This document shows positions 8,723-17,312 of a stretch of 47,419 nucleotides of DNA, one piece after another. This DNA comes from an uncultured Gemmatimonadota bacterium. GTDB taxonomy: Bacteria; Gemmatimonadota; Gemmatimonadetes; Gemmatimonadales; GWC2-71-9. The stretch lies in NCBI GenBank assembly GCA_902826755.1, contig CADEGB010000003.1, positions 1 to 47,419 on the forward strand, given 5' to 3'. Positions within the stretch are counted from its first letter, which is position 1, and every line of letters begins with the position of its first letter. Made by a program: the position numbers and the translations under genes. The notes beneath the pieces were generated by a model, which worked only from the letters and a program-made list of their open reading frames with translations, did no database searches and was not told the DNA's origin.

Positions 8723-9592
8723 TCAGAGGCGGATCCGCCAGCTCACGCCGATTCCCAGGTCGGGGCTCGTCTCCGCGAGCCCTGCCGAGACGGTCACTGT
8801 CCAGATGCCCTCCCTGGTGAACCTCGATACGGCCCCGCCGAGTGACGCCGGTCCGGGAAAACCGGCGATCGGCGAACTCGCCGCGCTTCCGTTCAGCGCG
8901 ACGCCCCAGGTCGAGCCCACGAGACGGACGACGCTGGCGGTGGCCGCAACCGGATCGCGGAAATCGAGTTCGGGCAGGTCGCCCAGATGCCAGTACGAGG
9001 CGTCGAGAGCCACCACGGTTCGGCGATCGGCCCGGACCGACACCGAGGCCGACCCGCCGAAGTCCCACCGCCCGGTACCGAACCGGGCGGTGTCCGTCAC
9101 AGGGATCTTGATCCCCAACCCGGCCGATACGGACACCGCGCCCCCGCTCGCCCGCACTATCCCGTTCACCACCGGATCGCCCACAGCCACCCGAAACTCG
9201 TCGGCCGTTGCGGTCGTCACCGGCGCGACAGCCAATGCGCTCACCTCCGACCCGGTAGGCGATCCACCGGCCCCGTCCGCTCCGCGCCGTCGCCGCGCGA
9301 GACTGCTGTCCCGAACCGCCTCGCTGTTGCGCCCCCCGCCGCCCGAAGGGATCGAGCCGGCCGGCGTCGCGCTGATCAACGTCGTGTTCTGGAGCCACAC
9401 CGGCACCGATCCCCGCACGGTGAATGGACCCGCGCTCCACGCCAGACCGTTACTCAGCGTGACGCTGGTCGTGCGGTCCGCGAAGATGTATCGGCCCGTG
9501 GTCGCGCTGAGGCTGCCCTCGTAGTGGGGCCGCTGGGCCGCCGCCTGCGAGGCGACGGCCCAACTGAGCGCGACCGCGAACCGCCACCTCAT
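8723..9592 (-). CDS. Hypothetical secreted protein, probable outer-membrane beta-barrel
   Basis: Signal peptide MRWRFAVALSWAVASQAAAQ. The sequence is Gly/Ser/Thr/Ala-rich with an alternating pattern. Its ATG overlaps the stop of the upstream gene (ATGA at 9589-9592). Confidence 0.6.
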   Translation of the reverse strand: MRWRFAVALSWAVASQAAAQRPHYEGSLSATTGRYIFADRTTSVTLSNGLAWSAGPFTVRGSVPVWLQNTTLISATPAGSIPSGGGGRNSEAVRDSSLARRRRGADGAGGSPTGSEVSALAVAPVTTATADEFRVAVGDPVVNGIVRASGGAVSVSAGLGIKIPVTDTARFGTGRWDFGGSASVSVRADRRTVVALDASYWHLGDLPELDFRDPVAATASVVRLVGSTWGVALNGSAASSPIAGFPGPASLGGAVSRFTREGIWTVTVSAGLAETSPDLGIGVSWRIRL

Positions 9593-10020
9593 GGTTTGTG
9601 GATCATCTTCCGAAGCGCCTCATGCGCCTGGTCGAGATCCCTCTGCATGTCGCGGAGACGGTCACGAAGTCGGTCCATGTCTTGGAGCCGGTCGCGGTCC
9701 CGGATCGCGTCGCCATCCTTGTGGAGGCGATCCATGGTTCGCAGCATGTCGCGAATCCGCTCGCCGGTTTGCTCCATTTGTTGACCCATCTGCCGGAACT
9801 GTTCGCGGGATTGCTGCTGGGTCATCCACTGGTTGGTCTCGCGCAGCTGCGACATCAACCGCTCCATCTGCTGCTGCATCTCCTGCAGGCGTTGCATCCG
9901 CTGCGCGGGGTCGAGTTGCGCACCCGGCGGTTGCGCCCGGGGTGGGTCGCGTTGCGCGGCGCCCGGGACCGCCGGGACCGCCAGCGCGGCCAAGATCAAT
10001 AACGTGCCACGGAACGACAT
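9589..10020 (-). CDS. Secreted Met/Gln/Arg-rich coiled-coil protein (possibly Spy/CpxP-like)
   Basis: ATG at 10020 lies 5 nt after AGGAGG (reverse complement of 10026-10031). The tracked GTG at 10026 sits inside that SD. Signal peptide MSFRGTLLILAALAVPAVPGAAQ. The mature ~120 aa is highly helical and charged, with many Met and one MTQQQ (LTXXQ-like) motif. Confidence 0.6.
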   Translation of the reverse strand: MSFRGTLLILAALAVPAVPGAAQRDPPRAQPPGAQLDPAQRMQRLQEMQQQMERLMSQLRETNQWMTQQQSREQFRQMGQQMEQTGERIRDMLRTMDRLHKDGDAIRDRDRLQDMDRLRDRLRDMQRDLDQAHEALRKMIHKP

Positions 10021-10374
10021 AGCCACCTCCTGATGACGGTCAATCTCCTTTTGCGATCTGATTCTATCGGGGGACGCCTGAACCAGCGCTGAATCGATGG
10101 TGAGACCCGTTCCGGCTCCCCGTCGGCTAACCGCTGCGGGAACTTTTTCCTGGCCGCGGGTCTTGCCGGACGCTTGCGAGTCGACGTTAGGTGTCCGGAT
10201 GACGGGTTCGCGGGATTCTGCGGCAACTCCAGGTTCCTTGGGTGAAATCCCGGTGAATGGCCCGCCGGTAACCCGCCCCCGTCCGCGGCTTTCGATGAGG
10301 AGGCCGTGAAGCCCGTCGCGCGATCGACCGGTCGACGAGGCCCCCCGGTCCCGCCGGCGGGGCCCCGCGCCGCG

Positions 10375-10403
10375 TTGACAGGCATCCCGTTCACCACTAA
10401 ATC
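10375..10403 (+). promoter_or_regulatory. Sigma70-like promoter candidate for the amidase
   Basis: TTGACA (10375-10380), a 17-nt spacer, then TAAATC (10398-10403). This sits immediately upstream of the conserved amidase N-terminus. Confidence 0.3.
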
Positions 10404-10420
10404 CCGGCGTCTCCCACGCG

Positions 10421-11911
10421 ATCGAGCCTCTGGACTACACCCGGTACGACGGACTGGGCCTGGCGGAACTGGTCCGCGCCCACCACGTCACCGCCCGCGA
10501 ACTGGTCGATGCGGCGCTCGCCCGCGCCGACCGCCTCAATCCTCGCCTCAACGCCATCATCCACCGGATGGACGCCAAGGCCCGCGCCCGCGCGGATGCC
10601 GGCGCCGGCTCGGGGCCGTTTGCCGGCGTCCCCTTCCTGATCAAGGACCTGATTCAACTGGTCGAGGGGGAGCCGTTCCGCTGCGGGAGCCGGTTCTTGG
10701 CCGAGTACGTCGCCGACCACGACTCCGAGCTGGTGTCGCGGTTCCGGCGCGCCGGCCTGATCCTGATCGGGAAGACCAACACCCCGGAGTTCGGCCTGAC
10801 ACCGTATACCGAGCCGATGCTGTTCGGCCCGAGCCGGAATCCGTGGAACCCGGACCTTACCACCGGGGGCTCGAGTGGCGGCTCCGCGGCGGCGGTGGCC
10901 GCGGGCATCGTCCCCCTCGCCGGCGGAGGGGACGGCGGCGGCTCGATCCGAATCCCCGCCGCCTGCTGCGGGATCTTCGGCCTCAAGCCGACCCGCGGCC
11001 GCACCCCGATGGGCCCCGACTTCGGCCAACTCTGGCTCGGCGCCGCCATCGACCACGCCCTGACCCGATCGGTTCGCGACAGCGCCGCCCTCCTCGATGC
11101 GATCGGGGGTGGCGACCCGGGTGCCCCCTATCTGACCCCGGCGCCGCCCCGCCCGTACCTCGAGGAAGTCGGCCGCGAGCCGGGCCGGCTCCGGATCGCG
11201 TTCACGACCCGACCATGGCTTGGGTCGTCCGTGCACCCTGATTGCGTGGCCGCGGTGGCCGACGCCGGCCGGTTGCTGGAATCGTTAGGCCACGACGTGG
11301 TCGAAGCGTCGCCCGAATTCGATGGAGCCGGATTTGCCCGGGCGTTCATGACGATGGTCTGCGCCGAATGCGCCGCCGACGTCCGCGACGCCGGCGCCAC
11401 CATCGGCCGGAAACCCGCTCGGGCGGGGTTCGAGCCCGCCACCTGGGCCGTCCATCTGCTCGGCCAGGCGCTCCGCGCCGACGAGCTGTCGACCGCGCTC
11501 CGGTTCCAGGGCCAGGTCGGCCGGCAGGTCGGCCGGTTCTTCGAGGGCTACGACCTGCTCCTGACGCCCACCCTCGCCACCCCGCCGTTCCCGATCGGCT
11601 CGCTCCAGCCGAAGCCGGCCGAGCGGCTGGCGCTCGACGTGCTCGGCCGCCTTGGAAGCGGCCGGCTGATCAAGGCGGCCGGTCTCCTCGATCAGATGGC
11701 TGGCGAGGTCTTCCAGGCCATCCCGTATACGCCGCTCTTCAACGCCACCGGGCAACCCGCCATGAGCGTCCCGCTCCACTGGAACGCGGCTGGCCTGCCC
11801 ATCGGCATTCAACTGGTCGCCAAGTTCGGCGACGAAAGCACCCTGTTCCGGGTCGCCGGGCAGCTCGAACGCGCCCGACCGTGGTTCGACCGGATTCCCC
11901 CGCTGGACTGA
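10421..11911 (+). CDS. Amidase-signature family amidase (start codon uncertain)
   Basis: Motifs GVPFLIKD, Gly/Ser-rich [14 protein letters not shown] and [12 protein letters not shown]. The conserved N-terminus [39 protein letters not shown] lies upstream of the first ATG (10568). The frame is open only from 10379 and has no ATG/GTG/TTG there, so I place the start provisionally at ATC 10421 (CTG 10430 is the alternative). Confidence 0.8.
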   Translation: MEPLDYTRYDGLGLAELVRAHHVTARELVDAALARADRLNPRLNAIIHRMDAKARARADAGAGSGPFAGVPFLIKDLIQLVEGEPFRCGSRFLAEYVADHDSELVSRFRRAGLILIGKTNTPEFGLTPYTEPMLFGPSRNPWNPDLTTGGSSGGSAAAVAAGIVPLAGGGDGGGSIRIPAACCGIFGLKPTRGRTPMGPDFGQLWLGAAIDHALTRSVRDSAALLDAIGGGDPGAPYLTPAPPRPYLEEVGREPGRLRIAFTTRPWLGSSVHPDCVAAVADAGRLLESLGHDVVEASPEFDGAGFARAFMTMVCAECAADVRDAGATIGRKPARAGFEPATWAVHLLGQALRADELSTALRFQGQVGRQVGRFFEGYDLLLTPTLATPPFPIGSLQPKPAERLALDVLGRLGSGRLIKAAGLLDQMAGEVFQAIPYTPLFNATGQPAMSVPLHWNAAGLPIGIQLVAKFGDESTLFRVAGQLERARPWFDRIPPLD

Positions 11912-11924
11912 TCCCGGAGAGACG

Positions 11925-13298
11925 ATGGCCGCCCCCAGGAAAACCGCCTTCAAGCTCGTCAAGCGTCCGCCCACGGTCCGCCACGGCAAGACCCTCCGCG
12001 GCGAGCCGGCCCGGAAAGACCTCGATCGGATCGAGATCGCGAGTCGGGACGAAATCGCGGCTCTGCAGCTCGAAAGGCTCCGCTGGTCGGTGGAACACGC
12101 CTGGCGCAACGTGGATCGCTATCGCCGGAAGTTCGAGGCGGCCGGCGTCCACCCCGACGACCTCAAGTCGTTCGAAGACCTGGCCCGCTTTCCGTTCACC
12201 GCCAAGGACGACCTTCGCGAAACGTTCCCGTTCGGGATGTTCGCCGTGCCCCGCGAACAGGTGCTCCGGATTCACGCCTCGTCGGGCACCACCGGGAAAC
12301 CGACCGTCGTCGGCTACACCCAGAAGGACCTCAAGACCTGGTCCGAGCTGGTGGCGCGCTCGATCCGGGCCGGTGGCGGCCGCAAGGGCGACATCGTCCA
12401 GGTCACCTATGGCTACGGCCTCTTTACCGGCGGACTCGGCGCCCACTACGGCGCCGAACGCCTGGGATGCACCGTGGTGCCGATGTCGGGCGGCCAGACG
12501 GACAAACAGATCCAGATGATCCAGGATCTCGAGCCCGCCGTCATCATGTGCACCCCGTCCTACCTCCTCGTCATCGCCGACGAGTGTCAGAAACTCGGCA
12601 TCGACGCCCGGAGCCTCTCGCTCCGGGTCGGGGTCCACGGCGCGGAGCCCTGGACCGAGGCCATGCGGCAGGAGATCGAGGATCGCTTCGCGATGGACGC
12701 CGTCGACATCTACGGCCTCTCCGAGGTGATGGGGCCGGGCGTCGCGAGTGAGTGCGTCGAGACCAAGGATGGCCTCACCCTCTGGGAAGATCACTTCTAC
12801 CCGGAGATCATCGACCCCGAAACCGGTCGAGTCCTCCCCGACGGTGTCCGCGGCGAGCTGGTCCTCACCTCGCTCACCAAGGAGGCGCTGCCCGTCATCC
12901 GTTACCGGACTCGCGATCTCACGGCACTCCTCCCCGGCACCGCCCGGAGCATGCGACGGCTGGCCCGGGTCACCGGCCGGAGCGACGACATGCTGATCAT
13001 CCGCGGGGTCAACGTGTTTCCATCCCAGGTCGAGGAGTTCATCCTCAAGATCGGCCTCTACTCCCCCCACTACCTGCTCGAGGTCCGGCGGGACGGCCGG
13101 CTCGACGAACTCACCGTCATCGTCGAACCGAAGGACGAGACCATCTCCGGCGACGCCACCCTGCAAGGGGCCGAAATCCTGGCGCACGACATCCGGACCT
13201 TCATCGGCGTCACCGCCGCCGTCCGGGTCGAACCGCCGGGAACCGTCGCCCGCTCCGCCGGGAAAGCCCGACGGGTCATGGACCTTCGCGGCAGCTGA
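11925..13298 (+). CDS. paaK: Phenylacetate-CoA ligase family (PaaK-like adenylate-forming enzyme)
   Basis: 457 aa. Motifs HASSGTTGKPTVVGYT, YGYGLFTGGLGAHYGAERLG and IRGVNVFPSQVE. GGAGAG RBS. Starts 13 nt after the amidase stop. Confidence 0.75.
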   Translation: MAAPRKTAFKLVKRPPTVRHGKTLRGEPARKDLDRIEIASRDEIAALQLERLRWSVEHAWRNVDRYRRKFEAAGVHPDDLKSFEDLARFPFTAKDDLRETFPFGMFAVPREQVLRIHASSGTTGKPTVVGYTQKDLKTWSELVARSIRAGGGRKGDIVQVTYGYGLFTGGLGAHYGAERLGCTVVPMSGGQTDKQIQMIQDLEPAVIMCTPSYLLVIADECQKLGIDARSLSLRVGVHGAEPWTEAMRQEIEDRFAMDAVDIYGLSEVMGPGVASECVETKDGLTLWEDHFYPEIIDPETGRVLPDGVRGELVLTSLTKEALPVIRYRTRDLTALLPGTARSMRRLARVTGRSDDMLIIRGVNVFPSQVEEFILKIGLYSPHYLLEVRRDGRLDELTVIVEPKDETISGDATLQGAEILAHDIRTFIGVTAAVRVEPPGTVARSAGKARRVMDLRGS

Positions 13299-13320
13299 CG
13301 GGACGACGTCCCCCAATGAC

Positions 13321-13352
13321 AAAGGGGCCGGAGACGTCCGGCCCCTTTTTGT
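13321..13352. terminator. Bidirectional intrinsic terminator between convergent genes
   Basis: GGGGCCGGA-gacg-TCCGGCCCC (13324-13345) is followed by TTTTT and preceded by AAA. Confidence 0.7.
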
Positions 13353-13371
13353 TCCACGACCCGAGGGTCGG

Positions 13372-13674
13372 TTACTTCAGGTGCTTGTTCACCAGCTTGG
13401 TCATCTCGAACATGTTGACGGTGGCCTTGCCACCGAAGACCGCCTTCAGCGCGGCATCCGCGTTGATGTTCCGGCGGTTCTTCTTGTCCTGGAGGCCGTT
13501 CTTCTTGATGTAGGCCCACAGCTTCTTGGTGACTTCCGTGCGGGGAAGGGCCTTCGAGCCGACCACTTCGGCGAGCTTCTCGCTCGGGGTCATCGGCTTC
13601 ATGAACGCCGCGGACGGTTTCCGCTTGGCGGCCTTCTTGACCGGCTTCTTGGCGGCCTTCTTCTTGGGTGCCAT
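13372..13674 (-). CDS. SWIB/MDM2-domain protein with Lys/Ala/Pro-rich basic tail
   Basis: This is the last 100 aa of tracked ORF 13372..15303. ATG at 13674 lies 6 nt after AAGGAG. Sequence: MAPKKKAAKKPVKKAAKRKP... then PSEKLAEVVGSKALPRTEVTKKLWAYIKKNGLQD...INADAALKAVFG. Confidence 0.85.
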   Translation of the reverse strand: MAPKKKAAKKPVKKAAKRKPSAAFMKPMTPSEKLAEVVGSKALPRTEVTKKLWAYIKKNGLQDKKNRRNINADAALKAVFGGKATVNMFEMTKLVNKHLK

Positions 13675-13754
13675 CGACCTGCTCCTTGGTTGAAGGGTGC
13701 TGCGAGACGGGACTACCGAGAGAAAATCTAAGAAGCGCCCCTGGGAATACAATA

Positions 13755-13901
13755 GGGAAACCCCCCGTTTTCCGAGGGAAAATGGGTTTTTGACCCCCGT
13801 TCTCCCTGGGGAGAACGCCTTTTCGACCCGATTTCCCCTCGGAAACGCCCCAGGACCCCTCTCGCCGGTCGCCTCGGGAACGCTAGATTCCCCTCGGAAA
13901 C
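13755..13901. promoter_or_regulatory. Array of four short TTCC-N3/4-GGAA-type inverted repeats in a divergent intergenic region
   Basis: The sites are TTTTCCgagGGAAAA (13768-13782), GTTCTCCctggGGAGAAC (13799-13816), TTTCCcctcGGAAA (13832-13845) and TTCCcctcGGAA (13888-13899). The last two share the identical 14-mer TTCCCCTCGGAAAC. Confidence 0.4.
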
Positions 13902-13923
13902 CCCCTCCCGGAGCCCGTGGCCA

Positions 13924-15582
13924 ATGTCGCAACCCTCGTACGTGTCGGGCCCATCCAGCGTCCCCCTCCTCGGGCGGACCGTCGGCGCCGAGCTCGATCG
14001 GGTGGTCCAGGCCACGCCCGACGCCCTGGCGGTGGTCAGTCGCCACCAGGGGGTGCGCCTCAGCTACCAGCAACTCCACGCCGAGGTGGAACGGGCCGCC
14101 CGCGCCCTCCTCGCCCTCGGGGTGGACAAGGGCGACCGGGTCGGGATCTGGGCCGGCAACTCGGTCGAATGGCTGATCATCCAGTACGCCACGGCCAAGG
14201 TGGGTGCCATCCTCGTCAACGTGAACCCGGCCTATCGCCGCCACGAACTCCACTACGCCCTCGGGAAATCGGGGGTCTCGGTCCTCGTCGCCGCCCGGTC
14301 GTTCCGCCAGACCGACTACCTCGAAATGCTCCGGGAGGTCGGGCCCGAACTCCCGGGGCTCTCGACCACGATCCTCCTCGGGGAACGCTCCGCCGGGATG
14401 CTCGGCTGGGAGGACTTCCTCGACGACGGGGGCCCCGCCCTCGAAGCCCGACTCCGCGTCCGGGAGGCCGAGCTGGATTTCGACGACCCGATCAATATCC
14501 AGTACACCTCGGGCACCACCGGCTTCCCGAAGGGCGCCACCCTCTCGCACCACAACATCCTCAACAACGGCTTCTTCGTCGGCGAGGGGTGTGGGTACGG
14601 CCCGAAGGACATCGTCTGTGTCCCGGTCCCCCTCTACCACTGTTTCGGCATGGTCATGGGAAATCTCGGTGCCCTGACCCATGGCGCCACGGTGGTCTAC
14701 CCGGAGGTGGCCTTCGATCCCAAAGCAACCCTCGACGCGGTCCAGGCGGAACGCTGCACCTCGCTCTACGGGGTGCCGACGATGTTCATTGCCCAGCTCC
14801 AGCACCCCGACTTCGCGAGCTATGACCTTGCCTCCCTCCGCACCGGGATCATGGCGGGCTCCCCCTGCCCGGTGGAGGTCATGAAGCAGGTGATCGACCG
14901 GATGCACCTGGCCGATGTGACGATCTGCTACGGAATGACCGAGACCTCGCCGGTCTCGTTCCAGAGCCGCCACACCGACGACCTCGAACACCGGACCGCC
15001 ACCGTCGGCGCCGTCCACCCCCACGTCGAGTGCAAGGTCGTCGACCCCGATACCGGTCGGACCGTCCCCCGAGGTACCCCGGGGGAACTCCTCTCCCGGG
15101 GCTACCTCGTCATGCTCGGCTATTGGGACGACGAAGCCGCCACGGCCATCGCCATTGATCGAGCGGGCTGGATGCACACCGGCGACCTGGCGCTGATGCG
15201 CGACGACGGATACGTCAACATCATCGGCCGGATCAAGGACATGGTCATCCGCGGGGGGGAGAACATCTTTCCTCGGGAGATCGAGGAGTTCCTCTACCGG
15301 CACCCGAAGATCCAGGACGTTCAGGTGGTGGGTGTCCCGGACCAGAAATACGGCGAGGAACTCTGCGCCTGGGTCAAACTCAGGGACGGCGAGACCGCCA
15401 CCCCCGAGGAGATCAAGACCTTCTGCCGCGGCGAGATCGCCACCTTCAAGATCCCCCGCTACGTCCGCTTTACCGACTCGTTCCCGATGACGGTCACCGG
15501 CAAGGTCCGGAAGGTCGAAATGCGGGAGACGTCCATTCGCGAACTTGGCCTCGAAGGGGCCGCCGCGGTCAAAACCGCGTAG
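13924..15582 (+). CDS. AMP-binding acyl-CoA synthetase (medium/long-chain fatty-acid CoA ligase-like)
   Basis: 552 aa. Motifs [29 protein letters not shown] and [21 protein letters not shown]. Confidence 0.9.
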   Translation: MSQPSYVSGPSSVPLLGRTVGAELDRVVQATPDALAVVSRHQGVRLSYQQLHAEVERAARALLALGVDKGDRVGIWAGNSVEWLIIQYATAKVGAILVNVNPAYRRHELHYALGKSGVSVLVAARSFRQTDYLEMLREVGPELPGLSTTILLGERSAGMLGWEDFLDDGGPALEARLRVREAELDFDDPINIQYTSGTTGFPKGATLSHHNILNNGFFVGEGCGYGPKDIVCVPVPLYHCFGMVMGNLGALTHGATVVYPEVAFDPKATLDAVQAERCTSLYGVPTMFIAQLQHPDFASYDLASLRTGIMAGSPCPVEVMKQVIDRMHLADVTICYGMTETSPVSFQSRHTDDLEHRTATVGAVHPHVECKVVDPDTGRTVPRGTPGELLSRGYLVMLGYWDDEAATAIAIDRAGWMHTGDLALMRDDGYVNIIGRIKDMVIRGGENIFPREIEEFLYRHPKIQDVQVVGVPDQKYGEELCAWVKLRDGETATPEEIKTFCRGEIATFKIPRYVRFTDSFPMTVTGKVRKVEMRETSIRELGLEGAAAVKTA

Positions 15583-15646
15583 CCCCCCGATGCGTACGGC
15601 CGGGACAGGACCCCGGCCCGCTGCCCTCTACCTGGAGAACCGCCCG

Positions 15647-17203
15647 ATGCGTTCGTGGTTGAACCGAGCCATTCTCGCGATGGCGATCGCCGTGCTCCCG
15701 CAGGTCGCCCCGGCCCAGACCTTTCCCACTGACGACCCCGTTATCCGGCGGATCTGGGAGGAGGGGATGACCGGCCGGTCCCAGGTGGCTCGCCTTTCCC
15801 AGGTGCTCCTCGATTCGATCGGACCCCGGCTCTCCGGGTCGCCCGGTTTTGCCGCCGCCACCGACTGGCTGTTGGGACGCTACGCCGAGTGGGGCGTCCC
15901 CGCCCGGAAGGAAAAGTACGGCACCTGGCGCGGGTGGCGACGCGGCCACACCCACCTCGACCTGATCGCCCCGCGGCAGCGGACCCTCGAAGGCACCATC
16001 CTGGCCTGGAGCCCCGGCACCGCCCGCCCCGTCGAGGGCGACGTGGTCCTCGCCCCCGACCTGGCCGACTCCGCCGCCTTCCGGGCATGGCTGCCTAACG
16101 CCAAGGGCAAGTTCGTGCTCTGGTCCTCCCCGGAAATCACCTGCCGACCCGACGAGAACTGGGAACGCCTCGCCCGGCCCGCCTCGGTGACCCGGATGAA
16201 GGCCGAACGCGATTCCCTCCGCCGCGACTGGCAGCGCCGCCTCCAGCGCCTCGGCCGCGGCGCCATCGCCGCGCTCGACGACGCCGGTGCGGCCGGCCTG
16301 ATCACCTCGCTCTGGTCCGCGGGCTGGGGCGTCAACAAGGTCTTCGATACCCCGACCCGGAAGATCCCGGCCCTCGACGTCAGCTGCGAGGACTACGGAC
16401 TGCTCCACCGCCTGGCCAGCAACAACCAGGGACCCCGGCTCCGGCTCGACGCCCGCTCCGAGGACCTCGGCGAAACGCCGATGTTCAACGTCGTCGCCGA
16501 ACTGAAGGGCACCGAAAAGCCGGACGAGTACGTCCTCCTCGGCGCCCACCTCGACTCCTGGGATGCTGCCTCCGGCGCCACTGACAACGGCAGCGGCACC
16601 ATCATGATGCTCGAAGCCATGCGGCTCCTCAAAGCCGCCTATCCCAACCCGAAACGGACCATCCTCGTGGGCCACTGGGGCGCCGAGGAACAGGGGCTGA
16701 TCGGGTCCCGCGCCTTCGCCGAGGATCACCCCGAGGTCGTCAGCGGACTCCAGACGGCCTTCAACCAGGACAACGGCACCTGGCGGATCGAGTACATCCG
16801 GATGATGGGCCTGACCGGCGCCGGGGCCCATTTCGGCCGGTGGCTCTCCCGGCTCCCTTCGGAAATGGAAAGCCTCATCGATCTCGACCTCCCCGGCGAA
16901 CCCGAACGGGGCGGGAGTGACCACATGTCGTTCCTCTGCGCCGGTGCTCCCTCGTTCCGACTCCAGTCGAACTATCCTGATTACCGCCAGTACACCTGGC
17001 ACACGAACCGCGACACCTGGGACAAGCTGATTCTCGACGACCTCCGCAACAATGCCTCCCTGGCCGCCATGCTGGCCTACCTCGCCGCCGAGGATCCCGA
17101 ACGGGTCCCGCGGGACCGCCGAGTGCTCCCGACCGGTCCCGGGGGGCAACCCGGCCTCTGGCCGACCTGTCATGTGGCCAGGCGGACCGCGCCAGACCGC
17201 TGA
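15647..17203 (+). CDS. M28-family metallo-aminopeptidase, secreted
   Basis: ATG at 15647 lies 8 nt after GGAGAA. Signal peptide MRSWLNRAILAMAIAVLPQVAPAQ. Zinc-site region LGAHLDSWDAASGATDNGSGTIMMLEAMR. The tracked start at 15545 overlaps the previous gene. Confidence 0.85.
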   Translation: MRSWLNRAILAMAIAVLPQVAPAQTFPTDDPVIRRIWEEGMTGRSQVARLSQVLLDSIGPRLSGSPGFAAATDWLLGRYAEWGVPARKEKYGTWRGWRRGHTHLDLIAPRQRTLEGTILAWSPGTARPVEGDVVLAPDLADSAAFRAWLPNAKGKFVLWSSPEITCRPDENWERLARPASVTRMKAERDSLRRDWQRRLQRLGRGAIAALDDAGAAGLITSLWSAGWGVNKVFDTPTRKIPALDVSCEDYGLLHRLASNNQGPRLRLDARSEDLGETPMFNVVAELKGTEKPDEYVLLGAHLDSWDAASGATDNGSGTIMMLEAMRLLKAAYPNPKRTILVGHWGAEEQGLIGSRAFAEDHPEVVSGLQTAFNQDNGTWRIEYIRMMGLTGAGAHFGRWLSRLPSEMESLIDLDLPGEPERGGSDHMSFLCAGAPSFRLQSNYPDYRQYTWHTNRDTWDKLILDDLRNNASLAAMLAYLAAEDPERVPRDRRVLPTGPGGQPGLWPTCHVARRTAPDR

Positions 17204-17312
17204 CCCCCAAGGTCCGCGCGGCCGCCTCGATCCGCACGGTCAGGGCGGCGTTCACTTGACGGCGCCCCGTTGGTGGGGTCTTTTCGGGGGATGTCACCGT
17301 GGAGTTGAATGA

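Noticed and set aside
10097-10309. 70-aa ORF in the amidase upstream spacer.
   Set aside because: About a third of its codons end in A or T, unlike the real genes here. It has no RBS and no motif.
10240-10365. Riboswitch-like words: GGGUGAAAUCCC...GGCCCGCCGGUAA is reminiscent of the cobalamin riboswitch core, and CCGGUCGACGAGG...CCCGGUC is reminiscent of guanidine-III.
   Set aside because: No B12 box (GCCACUG) or downstream AGCCAGGAGAC-type element is present. The guanidine-III CAGGACAA segment and a convincing P2 are absent. The downstream genes are not in the usual regulons. An Rfam covariance-model scan is needed before any claim.
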